NCBI GenBank assembly: GCA_965235115.1
Contig: OZ249444.1
Span: 6,200,001-6,264,000, forward strand
From: Laetmonice hystrix
Lineage: Eukaryota
Direction of reading: 5' to 3'
DNA: 64,000 bases
Both the position numbers and the translations under genes were made by a program. Positions 49,984-61,329 of the stretch are shown in pieces. The notes below the pieces were generated by a model. That model made no database searches and was not told the origin of the DNA. It worked only from the letters and a program-made list of their open reading frames with translations. Every line of letters begins with the position of its first letter. The stretch's first letter is position 1.

Positions 49984-51286
49984 TCGAGAAGGTACCAAGG
50001 GGCAGCATTGATTTTTAATCTGCAGACACTCATTATCAATGAGTGCAAGTACTTACAAAGAAGTATTTCTTCGTTCTTAATCATGTAAATATAAATTAGT
50101 TTTTATTTCGACGTCTCTGTGTTGACGAAAATGGTCAGTTCCAATAGTTGGTGAGTGTGTTATATCAAATCGTTGGTTATATCAAGTAACTGCACACCAT
50201 GAGGAGTAAGACAAATCTACTACCGGGCTAAAGAAATGTCATAGGAGGGCGGTATATGTTAATCAGTCCATGCAACTATGATAACGTTAATCTCTCTTTC
50301 ATCCCCTTAAAAAGAATTGTTGGATTTCCCGAGTTAAAGATTTGCATGATATACAGATGAATGGAATTAGACCGTTTCCAAGTTAATGAAACATTCAGTG
50401 TTGGTTCAGTTAATCCATTCACAACACCCGGTGAACATTTCAAGTTTTATGTCTGTCAAGGAAATTATTCATCTCAGCTCCGAGTTTTTTTGAAGCTTTA
50501 TATCAGGAATGGTAAAGGCTGATGAAAATGTCCAGCTTGTTTATTGTTTGATATTAATAACCCACGGGCTGGTGGTCCAGTGACTGATAGGAAAATATTA
50601 CAAAGGAGAAGAATCTGAAAGGGAAAGCAAGACGTAAGTAATAGAAACAGCCCTTTCCCCTCAGTGATTAGATCAAAGAAAGAAATTGACATGACCATGG
50701 CGACACAAGGTCGGGTCTACTTAGCCATTATGTGCTGCTCCCTCCTCAACCACATCCGGTCACTGTTACCATGGTTACGGACCAAGGCTCCCACCGGATG
50801 ACCACATTGTACACCGGTCGGGCAAAGGCAGCTACTGAAATTGACTCCGTGGTGCAAAACAGGACGGGGTAAAGCAGTTTTCCACGAATAAGAGATGGGG
50901 GGGGGGGGGGTGTTAATAAATGAGGCTGGGAGCATAAAAGGCAGTAAAGCCAGATTGGAAGACAAGTGAAAAGGTCAAGATAAAATTGGCACATCTGTTC
51001 TAATTCCGTGAGAGCCAATTCGTTTTCATTTCTGATCAACAGAAAAAGGGGTGACATAAATAAGTATGATGAATGTTAACAAGAGGTTTATTAAGAAAGT
51101 TAGTCTGCTTATAGTGAATGTAGCAACGGTGTGTGGGGTGATGCTGCAGCCATTGTCCGAGCCCCACCACCTGCCGGCCGGCCGACAAAACCTGGCGAGG
51201 TCCTGTTCAAATTGGTTTCAACCGTTAAGGAGGTAGGCACCCCGGTCTTGACTGGTCCCGGTCAGTTTGAACACACTCCTGCCATC

Positions 51287-51343
51287 ATGATGGCAGCAAC
51301 ACGAGAAGAGCCAGGCTACACGGTCACTGAGTCAGCATCACAG
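51287..51343 (+). CDS. Candidate internal first exon MMAATREEPGYTVTESASQ
   Basis: ATG, 19 codons, CAG|gtgaga in phase 0, compatible with exon 52821. Confidence 0.3.
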
Positions 51344-52611
51344 GTGAGAGAGTGTAGAGAGTTTTTCTGACACGTGAGAAAGCTGAGAAGTTGAGGACAT
51401 GGAGCCTGACAGCTGGGTATACCCCCAGTCGGCCTGGTGACCTAGCTGACTACTGGACCGTGCACCTGTTGACACACACACGGCACCGGGTAGTCAGACC
51501 TTCCCTGACATCTTAACGATCATTGACTAACCAGCCGTGTACCGATACAGGGGACAGCCACCCCGGCCGGCCAAGGCGGCTTGACCCAATTAAACCCGCC
51601 TCCATCTGGTCGGATACAGGGAGCAATCAGCAGAGACAGCAGACCGAATTCTGAATTAGCCATTGCCTGTTGAGACGTAGCCTAGGGGAAGGCCGTCGTT
51701 CTGAAGGTTGTGACTTTTTGATGTTTTTGAGCGCGGCTTGGGTGGAGGATTGTAATAACGGTATACCGTGAAAACAGACAACAACAACAGTACAGCCACA
51801 GTGTGTGTGTGCCCACTCAGGGATATCTTGGGAATTTGAAGGAGGCACGTGCAGTGGCCAGGGATGTAGGGTATGTATGTTTGTACACGCAGTGCCAGTC
51901 AGATCACTATGGCGTTCCGAGGTCAACATGTTAGGAATACATGTTGTAGGTCGGCAGGTAGGTATACCGTTATGGTAGGGATACACAGCGATGTCTTATA
52001 TCACATGCTATAGGTACTATATGTGTGGGTTTGTGTGTGTGTACATCGACGCCTCAACTCGTTCATATCTAATACACAGACATCAACACACAGTCACAGA
52101 ATTACGCACGGTGTTGCGGGTACTTCGTAGCCTGATCCCGGTAGTGTTGGCGTGTTGGACTGAGAGGTAACTTACAAGTACCAGTGGTGCAATCACAAAT
52201 TCCTAGAAATGATTCATCGACATTGACAGCAACTTACGCTACCAGCATTTCAAAACTGATGTCCTTTCACCAGTTCACAGCCATTTAGTATGGGTGCCTG
52301 GTATGCGTCAATAGTGAGGAACTTCAGGATTTAGAGTTTGCACATGTCAACATGAGCCTGAATAAACACAAGAATGTCACCCGCATTCTGCTGATAATTG
52401 AGGTCATTTACCGTTGTGCAGTAGAAGGCTCATGTTGTTTATTATTAGACCTGCCATATAATGTCTGATGCTATTTTGGAACAAGTAGTTTAGTGTGTAG
52501 AGCTCTCAGTACTTTAGGTTGCTAATAGGTAACGGCGTGATGTGAATTTAAACCCTGTGCAGTGGTACATCAACATGTATTATTTGGGATTTGGCGTTAA
52601 TGTCTCAGCCA

Positions 52612-52792
52612 TGGCGTTATTTAGAATTTTTGATGACGTATGTTGTAGCCGTGACGTAATTATTTGTGACCCGGCGTTATTGAGAATTTTTGATGACGTA
52701 TGTTGTAGCCTTGACGTAATTATTTGTGACCCGGCGTTATTCAGAATTTTTGATGACGTATGTTGTAGCCGTGACGTAATTATTTGTGACCC
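52612..52792. repeat. 60-bp tandem repeat, 3 copies, ending about 30 nt before the PDZ3b acceptor
   Basis: ggcgttatttagaatttttgatgacgtatgttgtagccgtgacgtaattatttgtgacc-type unit. Confidence 0.92.
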
Positions 52793-52820
52793 TGACGATT
52801 TGTATTGTTGTATGTTTTAG

Positions 52821-52923
52821 GTGAACGGTATCGACCTCCGTGATGCCACTCACGAGCAGGCCGCTGCAGCACTCAAAGGAGCCGGAGATACGGTTGAGAT
52901 CGTCGCCCAGTACAAACCAGAAG
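52821..52923 (+). CDS. dlg1: dlg exon, PDZ3 C-half [34 protein letters not shown]
   Basis: ttttag|GTG...GAA G|gtataa, 103 nt, phase 0 to 1; continues the PDZ3 frame. Confidence 0.95.
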
Positions 52924-53587
52924 GTATAACAAACCCAGCAGTAGAACTTATAATGTTCCAGCAAGTACAAAAAGCGATGATGTACTAGTAGTCAATGAAG
53001 TCCCTTTTTTTTGTTAGCAAACAAAAGCATTCATTACTGAGGGCAAATGACGATTTTTCTGGCGATTTGTTTTTATCAGGACGAATATTTGTCTGCAAAA
53101 GGCATAAATTTGCATGCGTACACAATTTTTTTTAAACTTTTGAACTTCTTTATATATTTTAAAAACTTTAAGTGGCAGATATATTGGTAAAGAATTTTGA
53201 TTTTTTTGGGAGGAAGAGGTAGCCCACATTAAGAAGAAAGAACAAAAACAACAAAAGCCAAAGGTTTTCTCCTAAAAGGTCAAAAAAGCCAAAGTAGTTG
53301 TTAGTAGATTTCGGGAGAATTGAACCTCTCTGGGTCCGTAAACCTGCGTGAGAATGCCACTTCAGCTGCCCTTCGACCCGACACCTGGGATGTAACTATA
53401 CACTGTAGATATATATAAGCAAGACAATGTGTCGTTCCCCCAGTAGGGTTGCTATATGTCAGACGTGTAGAACTGGTGATGGTACCTAGTAGTTGAACCC
53501 TAACTACATGTATAGGACGGCATTGTGACCCCTGACCCTATTATTACCGAAGTCAGGTCTTGTCTTTGTATTCTGTTATAAGAATGT

Positions 53588-53716
53588 AGACAATATGTAT
53601 GTCAGTAGACAATATGTATGTCAGTGGACAATATGTATGTCAGTAGACAATATGTTTGTCAGTAGATAATATGTATGTCAGTAGACAATATGTATGTCAG
53701 TAGACAATATGTATGG
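53588..53716. repeat. 20-bp tandem repeat, about 6 copies
   Basis: agacaatatgtatgtcagt-type unit. Confidence 0.9.
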
Positions 53717-54154
53717 CTTGTCTCCTTGATACGGACATTAGCACCTTGATTGTATATTATATTTTTTCTGCGTCACAAAGGTGAATAGCCTCATGTAGAC
53801 GTACATATGTAACATTGTTGCACTTTTTCTCTCCTCTTTTAAATTCATTTCTTTTCATTTTCAATCCTTCTTACGTACAGTTTAGTAATTTATTTTGGGG
53901 TCTTTCTATATTGCATGGTGAACTTATTTTCACGTCTTCGATCGTTATGTTTTCCTTAGTATGGACTGGCCTCTGGTTTTCGTTGCATGCTGCCAAAGTC
54001 AACGATTTATGCCCAAAATTTTGTTCCGTAGTCGTAATTGTATAGTGCATATATGGTGTACTTATTATCACAATAGAAGGTAGATGTAATGATTACTGTA
54101 ATTGGTAGATAATTATTCGTCCACAGTGGATAACGGGTATTTTTATCTGTGCAG

Positions 54155-54205
54155 CATACAACCGCTTTGAGGCGAAGATCCATGACCTCCGCGAGGAGAT
54201 GAGGG
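54155..54205 (+). CDS. dlg1: Candidate 51-nt cassette exon, diverged duplicate of the alpha3 helix: AYNRFEAKIHDLREEMR
   Basis: gtgcag|CA TAC AAC CGC...AGG G|gtacct, phase 1 to 1. Five synonymous differences from exon 54311. Donor is weak. Confidence 0.6.
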
Positions 54206-54310
54206 GTACCTATACATTTACATAATATTCAAATTAAGCGTGGTCCATTTGCATGCCATTGAAGATACGTGTATTAAGGAGAACGGTTCTCATTTTGATG
54301 CTCTTTGCAG

Positions 54311-54413
54311 AGTACAACCGATTTGAGTCGAAGATACACGATCTCCGCGAACAGATGATGAACACAAGTACTGGAAGCCTGCGCACGACGCAGAAACGTA
54401 CACTCTACGTCAG
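54311..54413 (+). CDS. dlg1: dlg exon, PDZ3 alpha3 helix and linker [35 protein letters not shown]
   Basis: tttgcag|AG...AG|gtacga, 103 nt, phase 1 to 2; matches the DLG linker. Confidence 0.95.
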
Positions 54414-54427
54414 GTACGAATCGCCAG

Positions 54428-54461
54428 CCAATGGCAGCAAACCACTGGTTGCCATGGCGAC
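54428..54461. promoter_or_regulatory. CCAAT plus RFX X-box-like motif just after the linker exon
   Basis: gccaatgg near 54428 and GTTGCCATGGCGAC at 54448-54461. Confidence 0.4.
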
Positions 54462-54757
54462 CACGGGCCCGTCAAACTGGCAGAAACTTACAACCACAAC
54501 TTGCTCAACCAGTCACCATCTATAGAAATAATAGTCTCAAGAATTAAGATTGCCTTTAGTTATGGATATTGCATGTTGGGTGGGAGGCTCCATTGCTTTA
54601 TGTCATAATATTGGCTCGAGACGCAGCCGAGAGCTAATATATATTGTAGGGCACGAAGCATGGAGCGTTACCAACGAATACAACATCTACGTTTAGCACT
54701 CTGTTAGAATTAAAGATTACATAAGGCCTTTAGCAAAGTTACATTATTAATTTGCAG

Positions 54758-54934
54758 GGCTCTCTTTGACTACGACCCGACCAAGGACAGCGGGCTGCCG
54801 AGTAAGGGATTGGCGTTCAAATATGGCGACATTTTGCATGTGACAAATGCCAGCGACGATGAGTGGTGGCAAGCACGAAAACTGCTGCCCGAGGGCGAGG
54901 ATGAGGGACTGGCCATCATCCCCAGCAAACGGAG
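54758..54934 (+). CDS. dlg1: dlg exon, SH3 [59 protein letters not shown]
   Basis: tttgcag|G...GGAG|gtaaaa, 177 nt, phase 2 to 2; ALFDY and WW SH3 motifs. Confidence 0.96.
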
Positions 54935-55265
54935 GTAAAAATGATTGGTTCGGATCGACAAGTATCTGAACATTTTGTGGAAATTACATCGGCATTGGGG
55001 TATTACGTCTTCAACGTAGGGTTAATACATGCAGGGTTTTCTAAAGGATTGGGGGGGGGGTGTCTTTGGGGTGGTTTTTTGGAAGATTTTTGAAAAATCA
55101 TCCAGAAATCTTTTGGGGAGTAGCTGATTTTTGGAGTGAGTCTACCCCAAAACGCGCTTGTAGCAAACCCTGACATGTCGATGAGTGTGTGTTTGCTAAT
55201 ATGGTATTATAACATGAAGGATTCGTTGAGTGTAGGTGTAACTCATTTGTCTGTATATGTTCCAG

Positions 55266-55350
55266 GGTTGAAAGAAAAGAACGAGCACGTCTCAAAAATG
55301 TCAAGTTCCATGGCAAAGGGGCGGGCACAGAGAAAGGTGGACCCATTGAT
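55266..55350 (+). CDS. dlg1: dlg exon, HOOK helix VERKERARLKNVKFHGKGAGTEKGGPID
   Basis: ttccag|G...GAT|gtaagt, 85 nt, phase 2 to 0. Confidence 0.93.
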
Positions 55351-55750
55351 GTAAGTTGATGATAGTACGTGGCTAAGGTTGTAGCTACTCGCAGTGTCTA
55401 AGGTGTCATGTATGCAATCATGGTGGAAAATAAGGTATGACGTAAAACACATAGGTGTGTTGCTTAGTGACTGGCAAACTGTTTGTTGCTGGTGAGGGTA
55501 GTATTGACGTAAGTATGTGTACCCCCACCAAAAAAACAAAGCTCTGGACGTTGACGTTTCCCCCTTGACACCCCCCCCCCCGCCCGATTCATGATATAAA
55601 GTTTTTACATTTGCTGTGAAAATATGTTGTCAAAAGAAGTTGTTAAAAATCACAAAGAGAATCCCTTTGTCTGGTATAATGTTGTATTTGAAGTACCGGT
55701 ACATTTTGTATTTATAAGAAATCCTCAGTGAGATTGGTTTGTTATTGCAG

Positions 55751-55859
55751 CCCATGGCCACAGATAAAAGGAAGAAGAACTTTTCGTTCAGTCGGAAGTT
55801 CCCGTTCATGAAGAGTAAGGACCAGAGTGGCAGTGAGGACGCTATCAGTGCTGACGAAC
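55751..55859 (+). CDS. dlg1: dlg exon, I3-like insert PMATDKRKKNFSFSRKFPFMKSKDQSGSEDAISADE
   Basis: ttgcag|CCC...GAA C|gtaagt, 109 nt, phase 0 to 1; DKRKKN..FSRKFPF resembles the DLG1 I3 (protein 4.1-binding) insert. Confidence 0.92.
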
Positions 55860-56136
55860 GTAAGTATACTCAAATTGATTGAACTAAAAAATCTAATGTT
55901 CAAAGGCAAGTAGGTTTACAAAGCCGTGGACATGCCTCAACTTGGTAGTGTTGTTTATAAGTGTATAACTACAGACATGAAGGAACACTTGGAAGGGATT
56001 TTCTCTAAAAAAAAAAAGGGTATAATGCTTGAGTAAGTTGCAATAGTTAGAAATAGGGACTTGAGAGTAAAACCTATATCTTTTCTATATTGCATATTAA
56101 AACACGAATTTCACCAACCTTTCTATATATTATTAG

Positions 56137-56163
56137 CTTGGACCTCAGTAGCGATGAATCCCA
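56137..56163 (+). CDS. dlg1: Candidate HOOK microexon, 27, 15 or 12 nt depending on acceptor (start 56137, 56149 or 56152)
   Basis: Donor CCCA|gtgagt. All three possible AG acceptors give 3n lengths with no stop in phase 1 (PWTSVAMNP, LAMNP, PMNP). Confidence 0.55.
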
Positions 56164-56892
56164 GTGAGTACAAGTCACACACTGAAACTTGAAATAATTC
56201 ACAGAAAGTTATGACACAAAACACACAGAATGTAGACTACAATACTGCACGTAAACACTTCTACAGGTTTGTTGGTGACAGCACACTGCCAAATCGTACA
56301 TTTCACCCCAAAATCCTACTTTTATCTCATGTGTGTAAAAGATTTAGGCTAGTTAAGTCGCACACATAAATAGTACATAATGCTAGACCGAGGATTAGAT
56401 GCAACCAAATTCAAGTCATATTCTCTTTATTTGTTGTATCTTTCCTAAATGAGGCTGTGGATTTAATTTCTGACCTTGTGGCTCGAAACACGTCACCGAC
56501 GGTACAGAGAGCACCGAGTCATAAATTGAATACAGTATGGGGGACTAATTACCTAGTGATGGAACAAATAACGAAGAATATGACTGTCTTTTTTTGGCCT
56601 CGTAACTAGACTGCTTTAGATTACTGTTATGAACCAACATTTAGAAATATTATAAACCTCTAGAATGTTCCCTTGTAACTCTTGAAGGGAGACTTACAGA
56701 ATTTGTCGTCAAGCTGATGTACACAAGCAGTTGTGAAGAGAGTGGGTAGGGTTATGTCTTTTTCATGGTTTCATAGACAGTTTAGTACTAGCCTGTCTAC
56801 ATCTTGTTGACTTAGGAGCTTTATACTTCTACGTGAAAGATGAGATTTTATATTTTTCTTACACATATTTAACTTCCATTTTCCTGTAACAG

Positions 56893-56898
56893 TGGAGG
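56893..56898 (+). CDS. dlg1: Candidate 6-nt microexon TGGAGG (copy 1)
   Basis: tttaacttccattttcctgtaacag|TGGAGG|gtgagt: branch-like tttaac, pyrimidine tract, strong donor, frame-preserving. Confidence 0.65.
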
Positions 56899-58060
56899 GT
56901 GAGTATATTTTAGCAGTTAATATATATTATATATTTTTTCCAAGTCTTTTACAGTATTTTGTCAAGGGCAAAGGGTGTACTTGATTTTCATTTCTTTGTA
57001 GCTAATCAGGAACGGGTTTCAATAAATCGAAACACGACGTTCGAGTTTTGTCATATTTGGTGCTGAAAAAGGCTCTTTTTTTAAATCTATGGTCAAGAGA
57101 TCTTTGTTACTGATGTATTTCGTAACAGTGAGTCTAATTGAAACTGCCGCCTTTTGATGTGCAAATATGAGGAAAGTCCACAGAAATGGGAGTCGGGATG
57201 ATCTGTGCTGGTGTGGGTTAAGGATGTTTTTAGTACTAGTAATTTAGTATTAGACTCTAGGGTCAGTGTACAGGCCCTGTGGTTGAGGTACTGGTAAGGA
57301 CTACAGATGAAGATACGAGACGTAGTCTCACAATATCTAACTGAGATTTTAATTACGGTGCCGTATTAATCCAAAGGAGTTTTATTTTTGTTTATAGACT
57401 TTTTAGTTTATTTTTTTTTATCATTTCCAATCGGTGTTGTACAAGGATGATCAATTTTGTCAATGTTCAAAGATCAAGTCCACATCTTTCCACCATGGAC
57501 GACCAGGCCCATTTGACCAGTTTGGTCAGAGATTTACCTGCAAAATACTCTTCCCTAAAAGTGAAAAAATAAAAATATTATGCAGGTCTTTCGGATAGCT
57601 TTTTATTAATTCCTTGAAAAGATCGAATAGTAGTGTCAATCCTTAAGGGACGCGTTACACCAGACCTGTTAAAGGACGCAAGGTTGACCTGACATTGACC
57701 CGAAGTTGGCATTCTTCACTATTCTCTGCCAAGCAAGCAGCACCTTTTCGAGGTTCTACCGTACTATTGTACATATTTCCCATTGGTGACGAGACGGAGG
57801 TATTGGTGCTAAGCCCAAATCACAAAGTTGTCCTAAATTGGCTTGTGGCTGTACATGATATTGATAATGATATATTTACCAGTAAGGATAATCAACATAC
57901 ATGTATGTACATGTATAAAACTACATACCCTTACCCTGTCCATAAACACCTAGTTAGACCACCCGTAGATGTCTACTTCCATCTCATGTATATGTCGCCC
58001 AAGGTGGTGTATACGTAAATATCCTGTCCGTATGGTGTGCAGTGAATGAGTAGGAATTAA

Positions 58061-58160
58061 TTGCCCATGAAGTAAGTAAGAACAATGCCCATGAAGTAAT
58101 GAGACCATTGCCCATGAATTAATGAGACCATTGCCCATGAAGTAATGAGACCATTGCCCA
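58061..58160. repeat. 24-bp tandem repeat, about 4 copies, abutting the 21-nt microexon acceptor
   Basis: attgcccatgaagtaatgagacc-type unit. Confidence 0.88.
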
Positions 58161-58166
58161 TTTCAG

Positions 58167-58187
58167 CTGAGAATGACGGCCCTAAAG
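58167..58187 (+). CDS. dlg1: Candidate 21-nt microexon (A)ENDGPK
   Basis: ttgcccatttcag|CTGAGAATGACGGCCCTAAAG|gtacga, phase 1 to 1. Confidence 0.65.
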
Positions 58188-58671
58188 GTACGAGTATGTG
58201 GTCGTGGTGTGGTTAAGTCTCGGTGACCCTCCTCATGGCTAACAAACAGCATGGTCCATGTTAAGATCTGTCTTAATGTTAAGTGTTTCCACTAATCCCC
58301 ATTGAGAGTGGGGACGGGTTGAATAATGACAAACATAATTATGTCGGTTATCTGATATTGTCTTTATGGGTTGGTAAGGTGGAGGGATTGTACTGTGTGA
58401 TGGAAGCTTGTCCTTTTCAAAATTGTTAGAACACGTCCCAAGAGATTTCCCTGAAGTTCATAACATTTTTAACTCCAGTGATGGCTTCCATAACACTAAC
58501 GTAGTTTATTTGGGATTTGAGAGACAAAGAGTCAAACTAGTTGAAAGAGATAATATATTTGATGCCACAGCACCGAAATATTGGTTGAAAGTACGCGTAA
58601 AGGTTCTGGGTAGGGAAACAATTGCCATTCATCCAAACTTATGTGTGGTTACATTTGCTTGCGCCACCTAG

Positions 58672-58677
58672 TGGAGG
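58672..58677 (+). CDS. dlg1: Candidate 6-nt microexon TGGAGG (copy 2)
   Basis: tttgcttgcgccacctag|TGGAGG|gtaagt: consensus donor and upstream TGC motifs. Overlaps a CTCF-like motif, which is an alternative explanation. Confidence 0.5.
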
Positions 58678-59606
58678 GTAAGTAATGTATCAACAAGTAC
58701 TGGAACACACTTATTACAAATAACCTTGTAGGCTTTTAGCAGTTGGCCTCACACGACTCAGACTGTATATTATTTGCTTCACTAATACTACTTTAATTTC
58801 ATGTGTGTCGTCTTATATATAATATTACACTGATGTGATGATTGTCCGTAGTGCTTAGTTTCGTAATTTATGGGATGAGGCTGCAATGATTGATAGACAC
58901 AGACGTGTCCATAGCGACACAATGCACTGTTTCATCTGGGTTATTTTGGTCTTAGTGAACACTACTTAAACGTGCACTTTACAATGACAGCTCCAACTTT
59001 CTTTTAGAAATTATAATTTGTTGCCTGTTTTTGCCTCACACATCCGGCACCGTTCTGATAGCTTCTTGTTGCGTCTACACATTAGACCAGTTGATGTTGC
59101 ACGGTTGGGGGTTTAGGTAGATTTGATTACATCAGTGTGATTGAAGCATGTCTACCGGCCAGGTGTACGTGCGCCAGTTGTTTGTCACGTCATCGGTGGC
59201 GTCTCGTCCTGTGACTACGTCATTCTGACGTCATTAACGTATTTCCTGTTCTGATGTCGTCTGCTGCCCTGTCGCGGGACAGTAGAGTATTATGTCAATA
59301 TAACTGTTAAATCTGTCATTTAGATGCCCGAAATCATATTGTTAGTATGTAGGTAAACTAGCAGTGATAGCATTCATCGTCCTTATGATATTCTGTATTA
59401 TAGCTAACTCCTTTATGCTAACTTAACCAAGTCCTCATCTGGTCACATGGTATCAGAATAGCTAAGGTCATTGGATGTCACTATGGCTACGAAGGACGTT
59501 TAATCTCAGTCTATATTATGAATAGAAGAACTTGGACCACATGATTTGGTTGGAGTCGGTCGTTAGAGCCGGGGTTCTATTTTTGGTATTTTCCTATTTT
59601 TTATAG

Positions 59607-59645
59607 ATGCGATGGCGCCACCTCCTAATGCTACCATGACAACAG
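59607..59645 (+). CDS. dlg1: Candidate 39-nt cassette exon DAMAPPPNATMTT
   Basis: ttttcctattttttatag|AT...ACA G|gtatac, long pyrimidine tract, phase 1 to 1, no stop. Confidence 0.65.
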
Positions 59646-60989
59646 GTATACACTCACATCAACACATTACTTGTTACTCATTGGCTAGTTATTTCAGGGT
59701 GTTGTCATGGTGATCTGTGCCCGGGGTAACGTTGGGGCGGCTTTTCGACCCCCAAGGCCCCTGGGAAACAGACCATTCATTGTTATCCTAGATGTGTACA
59801 GAGTGACGTAAACCGTTGTTTGATGCTCATGTTCTAGCATCAAGTTTGGTTTCGTTTTTCTGGTCCGTTCTGTTGGCATGGCGACCATGATCGCCATTAA
59901 CAGAGTGATGAAAGGAAGGCAGTATCTAAATGAAGTAGTGATGTCACTCGATGCTTCCGAACTCACTGGTGTAGTGGAAATTGGAAAAGAAAAATTGGAA
60001 ATTAAAGAAAGCTTTGCGGCACTTTTGTTGTATCTTAAATCTGTTGTAAGATCTATAGAGAAGAACCAAGAAATCCGAATTGATTTATAACTGTGACTGT
60101 TGATATAGAAAACGTTAAAATATGCCAAAAGAGTGTACATGTACATGAACATTTTTGGTGTGTTAAAAAAAAATTTGAATATTATCTGTTCAAGATAATT
60201 ATTTTTTTATTTATATATAGTAGGGATTTGATTACTTTGAGAGTGAATGCCACATTCATTTAGATGCCGGGTTTGGTTGGATCTGGCCAGGTCATTCGTG
60301 AAGGCACTCGTCCTTGACCCCTCGACCTTGACCCCTGAGAGAAGGTCAGGGACCGGAGTTGTCTGACTGGTGCTGCCCTCTATCTGCACGCGAGTTCTCA
60401 AGTGGTGCACACGTTAACATTGTTAACAGCAGTTTGTTGTTTGAAGACACAACAGCATGAAGCCATTGCCTAAAGATCTTGTGAAAGTTAAGGTTCCCCC
60501 CCCCCCACCACCACCAACTGTTTCTACCAATTCTGCATGGCATTGCCCCCCCCCCGCCCCCAGTCGAGGGGCATTCGGATGATTTTGTGGCTAGTTACAT
60601 AATCTCTGTATCTTCCAAGTAGTCAAAAATTGAAGTTCTACAATTGTGGGTGGAAAGTGTATGTTTATGGTTACAGATGTGTGTTTACCCTAGATACTAC
60701 TGTACTGTGATATAATATACCTGTCTAATATGAACAAAGATTAGTACCAAGTAACAGATGTTAGATTGCTTTTTTTTTTATCTCCCAATGGCACCTTGCC
60801 TCCATGTAACATCATGTCGAATTGTAAAATTTTAGATTAATTCTTATAGAGATAGACGTTTCCCAAGTAGATGGTCAGTTATAAAATTTTCATTGCAGAC
60901 TCCGAGGACAGTATTGGATAATGATAATATTTTTTTTCACATTTTTTCTTGTTTCGATGCCTAATTCGTTTCTTATTTTCTCACAACAG

Positions 60990-61037
60990 CAGCAGAAGAC
61001 ATAGTCCTCTCATATGAGGCCGTTGTTCAGCAGGAAT
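60990..61037 (+). CDS. dlg1: dlg exon AAEDIVLSYEAVVQQE (HOOK end, SH3 beta-F strand)
   Basis: caacag|CAGCAG...GAA T|gtaagt; VLSYE.V.QQE resembles DLG1. Tandem CAG acceptors. Confidence 0.93.
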
Positions 61038-61329
61038 GTAAGTATCAAAATATATATCAAGTATCAATAAGTAGCCGTAATGTTTGAAACTCAATTAACA
61101 GATTTGTAGGACCTATTGGCCTTTCCATGTGAGGATAGTCTTGGTTGCCGAAAGGGTGCAGAAACATAGGTCCGGAAAAAGTCTTTTTAAGAGATAGTGC
61201 AAGATTTCAGTAAAGTGGGGGACAATTTTGTAAGGGGCATTTCTATGATAAAATGATGATGATGACCCCCCCTCCCGAAAAGTCAGGAAAAGGGCAGTAA
61301 ATATCGCCCCCGATCCTTTGTATGAACCC

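Noticed and set aside
57091-57129. Further possible microexon ending aaca|gtgagt
   Set aside because: Requires an atypical AAG acceptor; support too weak.
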